From Thermacetogenium phaeum DSM 12270 (GTDB lineage: Bacteria; Bacillota; DSM-12270; Thermacetogeniales; Thermacetogeniaceae), in NCBI RefSeq assembly GCF_000305935.1, contig NC_018870.1, positions 55,942 to 79,941 of the forward strand: a stretch of 24,000 nucleotides of DNA. Reading direction: 5' to 3'. A program made the translations under genes and the position numbers. The notes under the pieces were generated by a model. That model ran no database searches, had not been told where the DNA came from, and saw only the letters and a list, made by a program, of their open reading frames with translations. This document shows positions 15,727 through 24,000 of the stretch, in pieces; within the stretch, counting starts at the first letter, position 1; every line of letters starts with the position of its first letter.

Positions 15727-17418
15727 GTGGAATCGAGTTTATACAAAAATTACAAGCGAAAGTTTTTCGTCGGTTTGGGGATTCTGCTGGCCTTGACCTG
15801 CCTGGCTCTGGCCAGATACAACATGTTGCTGGGGATATTCGGTTTTATCGTCACCCTGACGGGGATGTATGCCTTCTCCTATATGGACCGGCAGGAGGAA
15901 GCCGCCCGCGAGCGGGAGATCAAGGAGGAGGCGCTTTCTCTGGTAAGTGCAGAGGCTCCGGAGGAGAGTCCTGCCGCAGCCGCCATCAGCCTTGCCTTTC
16001 TGCAGGTCGACGATTACGATGAGGTCTTCCACAGCCTGCCCGATGAGCAGCGGCCGCTGCTGGTGGCCGCGGTTGACAAGTTTCTGCGGGAATGGGCGGC
16101 ATCGCTCGGGGCCTACCTGCACAAGACCGGGAGGGACAGCTATACCCTCCTGTTGCCGCTTCAGGAGCTGGAAGCCCTGGAGCAGAAGGAGTTTTCCCTT
16201 TTGGATGAGGTGCGCAAGATCAACGTGGGGGACCATCCCCCTGTGACTTTGAGCATCGGTGCGGCCAGGGGTGTCGATGCGGGGAACCCCGCCCGGTTGG
16301 GGCAGCTTGCCAGGCAGGCCCTGAACCTCGCCATAGAGCGTGGGGGCGACCAGGCGGTCGTCAAAAGCCCGGAGCATACCTGGTTCTACGGGGGGCGCAC
16401 CGAGGCGGTCGGCAAGCGCAGCCAGGTGCGGGCGCGGGTTACCGCCGCCGAACTCGACCGCCTCCTCAAGACGGCGAAAAATGTGGTGCTCATGGGACAT
16501 GTGGGGATGGATTTCGACGCCCTGGGGGCGGCCCTGGGGCTGGCGGAGATCGCCGGCCATTACGGAAAACCCGCCAAAATTGTGATCGACAGGCAGGGGG
16601 GAGCTGTGGAGAGGCTCTTTTCCCTCGTTGCCGGGCACAACCCCGAGCTCCTCTGTGAAAAGGAGGATGCCGTTGAGCTTACGTCGCCTCAGACCCTGTT
16701 GGTCTTGGTGGACGTGCACCGCCCGCAGATGGTTATCTCACCGAAGCTTTTAAGCCGCGCCGGCTCGATCGTCGTCATTGACCACCACCGGAGAGGGGAG
16801 GAGTTCCCGGAACATGTTAAACTTTCCTACATAGTTCCGGCGGCCTCCTCCACCTGTGAACTGGTCGGGGAGCTGGCCCACTACTTCCCCGAGGAGATTC
16901 ACTTTTCCTCGCTGGCTGCCACGGCCATGCTGGCCGGGCTGGTGGTGGACACCAAGAGGTTCACCTTCGGCACCAGCTCCCGCACCTTCCGGGTAGCGGC
17001 CTGGCTGCGGGAGGCAGGGGCTGCCCCTGCGGTGATCAGGGAGCTCTTTACCGATACCCTGGAGGTCATGCTCTACCGGGCGAGGATTTTGCAGAGCGTT
17101 GAGATCGTCGGGGGGAAATACGCTGTAGCCGGAAATGACGAGCCCTTTGCCGGAGCGCAGGTGGCGGCATCGCGCGCCGCCGACAATCTGCTGGAGATCG
17201 CCGGCGTTACCGCCTCTTTTGTGCTCTATCCGGTCGAGGGCGGGATGAGGATCAGCGCCCGCTCCACCGGAGCGGTCAACGTTCACCGGGTTATGGAAAA
17301 ACTGGGGGGCGGTGGGCACTTCACTGTGGCGGCGGCCTTCCTGCCGGACGTCGGGATGGAGGAGGCGCGCCGCAGGCTCTTGAATATCTTGCATGCGGAG
17401 CTGGAGGAAGGGCGGTGA
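15727..17418 (+). CDS. gdpP: GdpP/YybT-type c-di-AMP phosphodiesterase (TM, degenerate GGDEF, DHH-DHHA1)
   Basis: Two N-terminal TM segments; GHVGMDFDALGAALGLAEIAG, VDVHRPQM, VVIDHHRR (DHH motifs); GGGGHFTVAAAFL (DHHA1). ORF listed from 15709; GTG at 15727 follows GCGGGGG. Confidence 0.93.
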   Translation: MESSLYKNYKRKFFVGLGILLALTCLALARYNMLLGIFGFIVTLTGMYAFSYMDRQEEAAREREIKEEALSLVSAEAPEESPAAAAISLAFLQVDDYDEVFHSLPDEQRPLLVAAVDKFLREWAASLGAYLHKTGRDSYTLLLPLQELEALEQKEFSLLDEVRKINVGDHPPVTLSIGAARGVDAGNPARLGQLARQALNLAIERGGDQAVVKSPEHTWFYGGRTEAVGKRSQVRARVTAAELDRLLKTAKNVVLMGHVGMDFDALGAALGLAEIAGHYGKPAKIVIDRQGGAVERLFSLVAGHNPELLCEKEDAVELTSPQTLLVLVDVHRPQMVISPKLLSRAGSIVVIDHHRRGEEFPEHVKLSYIVPAASSTCELVGELAHYFPEEIHFSSLAATAMLAGLVVDTKRFTFGTSSRTFRVAAWLREAGAAPAVIRELFTDTLEVMLYRARILQSVEIVGGKYAVAGNDEPFAGAQVAASRAADNLLEIAGVTASFVLYPVEGGMRISARSTGAVNVHRVMEKLGGGGHFTVAAAFLPDVGMEEARRRLLNILHAELEEGR

Positions 17419-17423
17419 AATCC

Positions 17424-17876
17424 ATGAAGGTTATCTTGCGGGAAGACGTTAAGAATCTGGGGAAAAAGGGGGATATCGTCGAAGTATCGGAGGGGCACGG
17501 TCGCAACTACCTGATCCCTCGCGGCCTGGCGGTTCCGGTTACCCGGGGGGTGCTGAAGGAAGCCTCTCTGATCGCCGACGGCCGCGCCAAAAAGGAAGAG
17601 CGCCTCTTGAAGAACGCCCGGGAGCTGGCCTCCCGGCTTGATGGGATGACCGTAACCCTGCCCGCCCGTGCCGGTGAGGGTGGGAAGCTCTACGGAGCGG
17701 TGACGAGCCGGGATATCGCCGCCGCCCTGGAGCGCCTTCTCGGCCGGAAGGTGGACAAGAAGAAGATCGAGCTTCCCGAACCCATCAAGGCCCTGGGAGT
17801 TTTCCCGGTGCAGATCCGGCTGCACCCGGGTGTTCAGGTGGAAATACGGGTCAACGTAGTTGCTGCTGATTCCTGA
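17424..17876 (+). CDS. rplI: Ribosomal protein L9
   Basis: MKVILREDVKNLGKKGDIVEVSEGHGRNYLIPRGLAVPVT... canonical L9. Confidence 0.95.
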   Translation: MKVILREDVKNLGKKGDIVEVSEGHGRNYLIPRGLAVPVTRGVLKEASLIADGRAKKEERLLKNARELASRLDGMTVTLPARAGEGGKLYGAVTSRDIAAALERLLGRKVDKKKIELPEPIKALGVFPVQIRLHPGVQVEIRVNVVAADS

Positions 17877-17909
17877 AAATTCCGTTTGTCGCAGGAGAGG
17901 GGATAGGAG

Positions 17910-19853
17910 ATGCCAGGGGGATGCAAAGAGAAGAATTCTGCCTGGGAAGAGGAGAAGAAAGCCGGTCGACGGGGGTTCAAAAGGAGCGAGATCAAGGGGC
18001 GGGTCGCTGCTCTCTACCAGATACTGGCGGACGTCTACGGTTCGGAAAGGCTTATTCTCAGGGCCAGCAAGCTGGGAGTTCTCAAGGCCATGCGCTCCAA
18101 CATGGTGGGGGAGCAGGTGCTGGCCCTTCAGAAGCTCATCCAGGGGGATCCCACCATCAGCCGGGCACCCCTGATGAAGGATATACCGGAGATCCTGGAT
18201 GATCTTGAGGATACCCTTGCCCAGATGATGGCCCGGCGGGTTGTCGAGGAAGACCTGGAGAGGAAGATTGCCGAGAAACTCCAGGAGCGGCAGGATCAGT
18301 ACCTGAACGAGATGCGGGAGCAGCTGCTCAAGGAGAAAGGAACGCCGGAGAACGCCGCTACCCTAAAAAAGCTGGCCGTCCTGGAAAAAAAGAAGCAGGT
18401 GCATCTGAACGAATCGATCGGTGCTGTGCTGCGGCCGCGCACCCCGGAGGAGATCATCGGGCAGGAGCGCGCCTTAAAAGCCTTGATCGCCAAGCTGGCC
18501 GCCCCTTACCCTCAGCACATCCTGCTCTACGGCCCCCCGGGCGTAGGGAAGACCTCTGCCGCCCGCATCGCCCTGGAGCACGTCAAGTCTCGGGGAGACA
18601 GCATCTTCCAGCCCGATGCTCCCTTTGTCGAGGTGGACGGGACCACCCTGCGCTGGGACCCCCGGGACGTCACCAACCCCCTCATCGGTTCGGTGCACGA
18701 TCCCATTTATCAGGGGGCGCGGCGTGAGCTGGCGGAGAGCGGGGTCCCCGAGCCGAAGCCCGGTCTGGTTACCGAGGCCCACGGGGGGATTCTGTTTATC
18801 GACGAGATCGGGGACGTCGATCCGATTCTCCAAAACAAGCTGTTAAAGGTGATGGAGGACAAGAGGGTCTACTTCGATTCTTCTTATTACGAACCGAACG
18901 ACCCCAACATCCCGGAATACATCAAGAAGCTCTTTGAAGAAGGAGCGCCCGCGGACTTCGTTCTCATCGGGGCGACCACCCGCTCCCCGGAGGAGATCAG
19001 CCCTGCCTTCCGCTCCCGGTGTGCCGAGATCTTCTTTGACTGCTTAACACCAGAGGACGTCCAGAAGGTTTTACACCAGGCTGCCCGCAAGCTGGAGGTG
19101 GCTCTCGAACCGGGGGTTGCCGAATCCATCAGCGATTATACCGTAGATGCCCGCAAGGCGACCAACGTCCTGGTGGATGCCTATGCCGTCGCCCGCTATC
19201 GCAGGGGCGGCACCGGCAAGCGTATCCTGGTGACCATGGAGGACCTGCAGGAGGTTCTCCAGGTGAGCAGGATGACACCCCATGTCACCACCCATGCCGC
19301 TGCCTGTGGGGAGATCGGGAGGGTGTTCGGCCTGGCTGTCTCAGGTTTCCTGGGGACGATCATCGAGATCGAGGCCGTTGCCTTCCCGGCGCGGGACTCC
19401 CGGCGCGGCATCGTCCGCTTCAATGACGCTGCGGGGACGATGGCCAAGGACTCGGTCTTTAACGCCTTGGCCGTCTACCGGAAGTTGACCGGGAAGGATG
19501 CCGCCGACTACGACATCCACGTCAACATTGTCGGTGGGGGCAGGGTGGACGGCCCTTCCGCCGGAGCCGCCATTTTTCTCGCCATTTACAGCGCCATCGA
19601 AGGGGTTCCCCTGCGCCAGGATGTGGCGGTGACCGGAGAGCTTTCCATCCAGGGTCGGGTTAAGGCAGTAGGCGGCATTTCCGAGAAGATTTACGGCGCC
19701 CGCCAGATCGGGGCGCGCAAGGTTATCGCTCCCGCCGAGAACACAAGGGATCTGCCGGGGGAACTCTGGGGGATCACCGTTGTCGGTGTCCGGAACATCG
19801 ACGAGGCCCTTCCCCATGTTCTGTTTTCCGGTGAACGCCCGGAGGGTGCCTGA
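17910..19853 (+). CDS. lonC: LonC-type ATP-dependent protease
   Basis: Walker A GPPGVGKTSAARIAL, Walker B ILFIDEIGD, Lon protease domain with GPSAGAAIFLAIYSAIEG (catalytic Ser) and TGELSIQGRVKAVGGISEKI. Positioned between rplI and dnaB. Confidence 0.93.
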   Translation: MPGGCKEKNSAWEEEKKAGRRGFKRSEIKGRVAALYQILADVYGSERLILRASKLGVLKAMRSNMVGEQVLALQKLIQGDPTISRAPLMKDIPEILDDLEDTLAQMMARRVVEEDLERKIAEKLQERQDQYLNEMREQLLKEKGTPENAATLKKLAVLEKKKQVHLNESIGAVLRPRTPEEIIGQERALKALIAKLAAPYPQHILLYGPPGVGKTSAARIALEHVKSRGDSIFQPDAPFVEVDGTTLRWDPRDVTNPLIGSVHDPIYQGARRELAESGVPEPKPGLVTEAHGGILFIDEIGDVDPILQNKLLKVMEDKRVYFDSSYYEPNDPNIPEYIKKLFEEGAPADFVLIGATTRSPEEISPAFRSRCAEIFFDCLTPEDVQKVLHQAARKLEVALEPGVAESISDYTVDARKATNVLVDAYAVARYRRGGTGKRILVTMEDLQEVLQVSRMTPHVTTHAAACGEIGRVFGLAVSGFLGTIIEIEAVAFPARDSRRGIVRFNDAAGTMAKDSVFNALAVYRKLTGKDAADYDIHVNIVGGGRVDGPSAGAAIFLAIYSAIEGVPLRQDVAVTGELSIQGRVKAVGGISEKIYGARQIGARKVIAPAENTRDLPGELWGITVVGVRNIDEALPHVLFSGERPEGA

Positions 19854-21235
19854 TGGAGCTCTTAAACCGCATTCCTCCCCACAACCTGGAGGCGGAACAG
19901 GCCGTTCTGGGAGCCCTGCTCATCGCGCCGGAGAGCCTGGCGACGGTGGCGGAGATATTGAGACCGGAGGACTTCTACGGAGAGGGGCACCGCGCCATCT
20001 ACCTCACCCTTAAGGAGATGGCCGAGGCCGGCCGGCCCATCGACCTGTTGACCGTAACCGAGGAACTGCAGGGGAAGGGGCTGCTGGAACAGGTCGGGGG
20101 GGCGACCTATCTGGCCACCCTGGCCGGGGCGGTTCCCACCGCCGTTCACGTGGAGTACTACGCCGGGATTGTGGCGGAAAAGGGGCTTCTGCGCTCCATC
20201 ATCGAGGCCTGTACCCGGATCGCCTCCCAGGGGTATGAGGAGGGAGCCGAGAGCGAGTCTCTCCTGGACGAAGCGGAACGGATGCTCCTCAGCCTGGGGG
20301 AAAGGCGCCAGAGCAGGAGCTACCGCTCCATCAGGGAGCTGCTGGTGGAAACGCTGGAAAAGATCGAGCAGCTTTACCAGAGGAAGGGGAGTGTGACCGG
20401 TTTGCCCACCGGCTTTACGGAGCTCGACCGGATTACCTCCGGACTGCAGCCCAGCGACCTCATCCTGCTGGCCGCCCGCCCGTCCATGGGAAAAACCTCT
20501 TTGGGGCTCAACATTGCCCAGAATGTTGCCGTCAAATCCGGCGTACCGGTGGGGATCTTCAGCCTGGAAATGTCCGGGGATCAGGTGGTGCAGCGGCTTC
20601 TCTGCTCCGAGGCCCTGGTGGACCAGCAGCGCCTGCGCACCGGGTTCCTCCAGGAAGACGACTGGCCGCGGCTGCTGAAAGCCGCCACCAGGCTGGCGGA
20701 GGCGCCCATCTTCATCGACGACACCCCGGCCATAACCCTGCTGGAACTGCGCAGCAAGGCCCGCCGCCTGAAGCTCGAACACGGTATCGGCCTGTTGGTG
20801 GTCGACTACCTGCAGCTCATTCAGTCCGGGAGGCGGATGGAGAACCGCGTCCAGGAGATCTCCGAGATCTCCCGGCAGCTCAAGTCTCTCGCCCGGGAGC
20901 TGGACGTTCCGGTGCTGGCCCTCTCCCAGCTCAGCCGCGCCGTGGAGCAGCGGGGGGGTGACCGCAGGCCTCTGCTCTCCGACCTGCGGGAGAGCGGGAG
21001 CCTGGAGCAGGACTCCGATGTGGTCATGTTCATCTACCGCGATGATTATTACAACGAGGATTCCGAAGAAAAGGGGGTTGCCGACATCATCATCGCCAAG
21101 CAGCGCAACGGCCCGGTCGGCACCGTCAAGCTGGCCTTCCTCAAGGAGTTCACCAAGTTCGTCAACCTGGAGAGGGAGGAACCCCCCGCTTTCGGTGGGG
21201 AGAGGGATTACGGGATTGAGCCCGAGGAGGATTGA
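19853..21235 (+). CDS. dnaB: Replicative DNA helicase
   Basis: RIPPHNLEAEQAVLGALL..., LIILAARPSMGKTSLGLNIAQN-type Walker A, LLVVDYLQLI, LSQLSRAVEQR. Start overlaps lonC end. Confidence 0.96.
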   Translation: MELLNRIPPHNLEAEQAVLGALLIAPESLATVAEILRPEDFYGEGHRAIYLTLKEMAEAGRPIDLLTVTEELQGKGLLEQVGGATYLATLAGAVPTAVHVEYYAGIVAEKGLLRSIIEACTRIASQGYEEGAESESLLDEAERMLLSLGERRQSRSYRSIRELLVETLEKIEQLYQRKGSVTGLPTGFTELDRITSGLQPSDLILLAARPSMGKTSLGLNIAQNVAVKSGVPVGIFSLEMSGDQVVQRLLCSEALVDQQRLRTGFLQEDDWPRLLKAATRLAEAPIFIDDTPAITLLELRSKARRLKLEHGIGLLVVDYLQLIQSGRRMENRVQEISEISRQLKSLARELDVPVLALSQLSRAVEQRGGDRRPLLSDLRESGSLEQDSDVVMFIYRDDYYNEDSEEKGVADIIIAKQRNGPVGTVKLAFLKEFTKFVNLEREEPPAFGGERDYGIEPEED

Positions 21236-21391
21236 GCCGCCGGGCGCCGGGGGTTTTGTGAGAATCCTTGCCGGCCACTACCCCCCTGGTGTTAAACTGA
21301 GGGTAGAAACGGTGCAAAGTGTAAAAGGCGGGCGCCGAGGACTTCCAGGTGTACGAGCTGGAGAAACAAAACGAAAGTAGGGGGTGGGAAC

Positions 21392-21820
21392 TTGGACATC
21401 CAATCGCTATGCCAAAAATTATCGCCGGTTTTTGAATCTTACGGGGTTTCGTGCTGCTATCTTTTTGGTTCGCGCGCCGGGGAAAATTATTATCATGATA
21501 GCGACATCGACCTGGCAGTAGTATTTGATAACTATTCCCCCGAAAAACATAACCTGAATCTGGAAATAGAAATCCAGGATACGGTATCAGAAATTTTAGC
21601 GCCGCTGGAAGTGGATCTTCTGTTTTTACAAAAGGCTCCCATCTACCTGAGGTTTACCGTTATTAAAAACGGCAAAGTCATTTATTGTTCGAATGAAGAT
21701 TTCCGTACCGATTTTGAGGATATAACGATAAGAGATTACCTGGACTTTAAACCCGTTCTGGACATGTATTACCGGGAAATGGCAGAGGAGTTAATAGAAA
21801 AAAACGGCGGGAGGATTTGA
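21392..21820 (+). CDS. MNT-type nucleotidyltransferase (antitoxin of MNT-HEPN pair)
   Basis: YLFGSRAGENYYHDSDIDLAVVF: GSxxxG...SDxD motif, 142 aa, directly upstream of HEPN gene. Confidence 0.88.
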   Translation: MDIQSLCQKLSPVFESYGVSCCYLFGSRAGENYYHDSDIDLAVVFDNYSPEKHNLNLEIEIQDTVSEILAPLEVDLLFLQKAPIYLRFTVIKNGKVIYCSNEDFRTDFEDITIRDYLDFKPVLDMYYREMAEELIEKNGGRI

Positions 21821-21823
21821 AGC

Positions 21824-22246
21824 TTGATTAATAAAGACTTGATTCGCAACCGCATCGACCTTATCAACCGCTCGATAGCCAGGCTGAAAAGAATGGCGGC
21901 TCTGTCCAGGGAGCAATTTTTGGCTGATCCCGATAACTTTGCCATTGCGGAACATCACCTGCGCCGGGCACTGCAAAGCCTGTTTGATGCCGGCAGACAC
22001 ATCATCGCCAAGCAGGGACTGGGGCATCCGGTTGATTACCGGTCGATCATTTTGACCCTGGGCAGGGAAAAAATTATCCCCCCGCAATTCGCGGAAAGGA
22101 TCAAAGGCATGGCCGGATATCGCAACCGCCTGGTGCACGGTTATGCGGAAGTAACGCCGGAAGAGATGTATAACGTCATTCAAGAGAGACTCGATGATTT
22201 TGAAGAGTTCTGTTTCCACATTTTAAAATACACAGCCAACACCTAG
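21824..22246 (+). CDS. HEPN-domain toxin, HepT/DUF86 family
   Basis: MAGYRNRLVHGY carries the RX4HXY motif; TTG start 3 nt after the upstream stop. Confidence 0.9.
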   Translation: MINKDLIRNRIDLINRSIARLKRMAALSREQFLADPDNFAIAEHHLRRALQSLFDAGRHIIAKQGLGHPVDYRSIILTLGREKIIPPQFAERIKGMAGYRNRLVHGYAEVTPEEMYNVIQERLDDFEEFCFHILKYTANT

Positions 22247-22279
22247 ACCCCGCCGGGCGTCCCGATCCTGCCGGGAAGG

Positions 22280-23842
22280 CTAGGATTTCCGCTCGTATTG
22301 AAAGCCCCTGACCAGGACGATGGGGGTGCCGGCGTCGGCTGAGCCGGCGACCAGGTCGGCCAGTGTGCCGATGATGCTGGTGAGGCTTCTGGGAGTGGTG
22401 CCAAGCTCTTCCTTTGTCGTTTTCCCCTGTCTGTTCTTCAGGTACTCGAGGATCTCTTCTTTGGTGTAACCCTGTTTGTACAGGGTATCGACGACGAGTT
22501 TCAGTTTAGCTCCCTTGCGCAGTCCGGCCTCTTTCAGGCCGCTGCTTACCCCGATGGCCGGATGGGGATCGGCCAGTTCGTAGATCCCCGTGTCGGGGTC
22601 CTTGTAGGCGCCGTCTCCGAAGATCAGGACCTCTACCTCTTTGCCGGTCACGGCCCGGATCTTGTCTTTGATCTTCTCCGCAGTACCGTTGGGGTCTTCC
22701 GGCAGTAGCTTTAAAATACCCCCCTCAAAGTCGGAGACGTTGGAGCCGATCACTCCCCAGGGTGGGGGGCCTACCTCCTGGATGGTGATTACCGGAACCA
22801 GCGCCCCAAAGGAAAGGAACAGCTCCCGCAGTTTTTCCCGCTCGTGAACCGCCCCGATGCAAACGCCGTCGATGTAGCCCAGATTGTAGATCTTGAAGGG
22901 GTTGTTGGTGAAGATGATCTCCCCGCTCGCTCCCCCCTCTGCGATCATGCTGAGGTAGAGCTTCCGGTAATCCACCTCGGTTATCGGGTGGGTGAAGCTG
23001 TTGTTCCCCAGCTCGCCGGAGAAGATCACCTCCGGTTCATGGTAGCTGGGGAGCAGGGCGGAGAAGTCCAGAGTTTCGGGCTCGACCTTGCCTTGCTCCA
23101 GATACTCGTCGGCATCCACGATGCTCAGCCTGTGGTGCTCCAGAGCGACGGCGATCGCCAGGGCGCACTCTGCTTCAGGGACGTCCTGCCGGATGCCTGT
23201 GGCCTTGCGGGCGGCCTTTTGCAGATCGGCAAAGGTCACTTCGGCCACGGCGATCCTCCCGTCCGGCATCCTCACCGTGAGGTCGGCGATGCCCTTTCCC
23301 GTAATCTTGCGGATGCTGAGAATCTGGTAGCCGATCTCCTGCAGCTTCAGGGCGGCGATGATCTCCCTGATCAAAACGTTGAGCATGGGGGTGTTCCCTC
23401 TGGCTTCGTACAGGCTCTGCAGGGTCTTTTTCAGCTTCAGGCGCGTCGAGGCGAACTCCTCATCGATCACCTGGTTGCCGACCTCGTCGAAGGGAATGGG
23501 GAACTGGACGATCACCTTCCCCCCTCTGGTTGCCATGGCGATGGCCTTCAAAATCAGTGCAAACCGGTTGCGGCTGGCGATCGGGCTGATCATGGCGACG
23601 GTGCTGCCCGGTTTCAAGTTCAGCTTCTGGCGGATGTCCTCGGCCAGCTCGGTGCAGCTGACGTAGCGGTTCTGCGACCTGGCGACGACCGCTTCGGTTA
23701 CGCAGACGATGTCCCCGTCGGCTGCTATCTCCCTGACAGCCTCGGCAGTGATCGAGGCAATGTCGTCATTGGGCACGATCAATCCGATTTTCAATCCTAT
23801 GGCTGCTACACCGGTGTTTGCCGGCAGAACTAATTTTTCCAT
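22280..23842 (-). CDS. Coenzyme F420-0:L-glutamate ligase (CofE)-like protein
   Basis: IGLKIGLIVPNDDIASITAEAVREIAADGDIVCVTEAVVARSQNRYVS and SNVSDFEGG...LPEDPNGTAEKIKDKIRAVTG...VEVLIFGDGAYKDPDTGIYELADP resemble the CofE-like family. Central ~100-aa segment of unclear nature. Confidence 0.75.
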   Translation of the reverse strand: MEKLVLPANTGVAAIGLKIGLIVPNDDIASITAEAVREIAADGDIVCVTEAVVARSQNRYVSCTELAEDIRQKLNLKPGSTVAMISPIASRNRFALILKAIAMATRGGKVIVQFPIPFDEVGNQVIDEEFASTRLKLKKTLQSLYEARGNTPMLNVLIREIIAALKLQEIGYQILSIRKITGKGIADLTVRMPDGRIAVAEVTFADLQKAARKATGIRQDVPEAECALAIAVALEHHRLSIVDADEYLEQGKVEPETLDFSALLPSYHEPEVIFSGELGNNSFTHPITEVDYRKLYLSMIAEGGASGEIIFTNNPFKIYNLGYIDGVCIGAVHEREKLRELFLSFGALVPVITIQEVGPPPWGVIGSNVSDFEGGILKLLPEDPNGTAEKIKDKIRAVTGKEVEVLIFGDGAYKDPDTGIYELADPHPAIGVSSGLKEAGLRKGAKLKLVVDTLYKQGYTKEEILEYLKNRQGKTTKEELGTTPRSLTSIIGTLADLVAGSADAGTPIVLVRGFQYERKS

Positions 23843-23948
23843 CGTTTTTATCCCTTTACATTAGTTTTGTTGGAAGTTCCACAGAAAGCATTATAACACT
23901 CTTTAAAACGAGAAATAAAGGGGTGGGGGGCGTCCAGTTTATGAAACA

Positions 23949-24000
23949 TCAGGCCCGCTTCCGCTCGGCATGGTACTCCTTTTGGAGGTGCTCCGCCCAG
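23949..24000 (-). CDS. C-terminal tail of a minus-strand gene entering the window
   Basis: Reverse frame reads ...WAEHLQKEYHAERKRA* and is open to the window edge; too short to identify. Confidence 0.35.
   Translation of the reverse strand, partial: WAEHLQKEYHAERKRA

Noticed and set aside
22844-23833. 329-aa plus-strand ORF (and similar shadows 12187..12933, 13324..14010, 15739..16719, 19862..20782)
   Set aside because: Opposite-strand shadows of convincing genes with biased composition and no family motifs.
1-24000. CRISPR array, inteins or prophage structural genes
   Set aside because: No regularly spaced repeats were seen, DnaB is of normal length without an insertion, and there are no phage structural motifs.

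Overview
The window is a GC-rich Firmicutes/Clostridia-type chromosomal segment, inferred from the rpsF-ssb-rpsR ... gdpP-rplI-lonC-dnaB block, an SspH-type spore protein and LonC. Ordinary content: 3' end of kptA, a UPF0182 membrane protein, sspH, an EamA transporter, a phosphoribosyltransferase, a small membrane protein, a CvpA-like protein, selD-yedF, a DUF951 protein, the ribosomal/replication block, a MNT-HEPN pair, and a CofE-like ligase. Highlights: (1) selD is split in the ORF track by an in-frame TGA at 7303-7305. It reads as a selenocysteine codon (TRFARYSG-U-AAKLGPG) followed by a bacterial SECIS-like hairpin. (2) Two intergenic regions (~3618-3900 and ~9170-9460) are clearly homologous, lack convincing ORFs and share conserved helices with compatible base changes, so they are probably two copies of one structured ncRNA family. 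(3) A five-gene minus-strand array, hicA-hicB-(90-aa IS1634-like N-terminal domain)-DUF1670-like-DUF1670-like, sits between rpsR and gdpP where yybS (DUF2232) is usually found. The two large proteins share a repeated HTH-like module (three copies), and the array has a promoter with a perfect operator-like palindrome. This is the best candidate for an undescribed system. (4) An S6:S18-type leader with promoter precedes rpsF.
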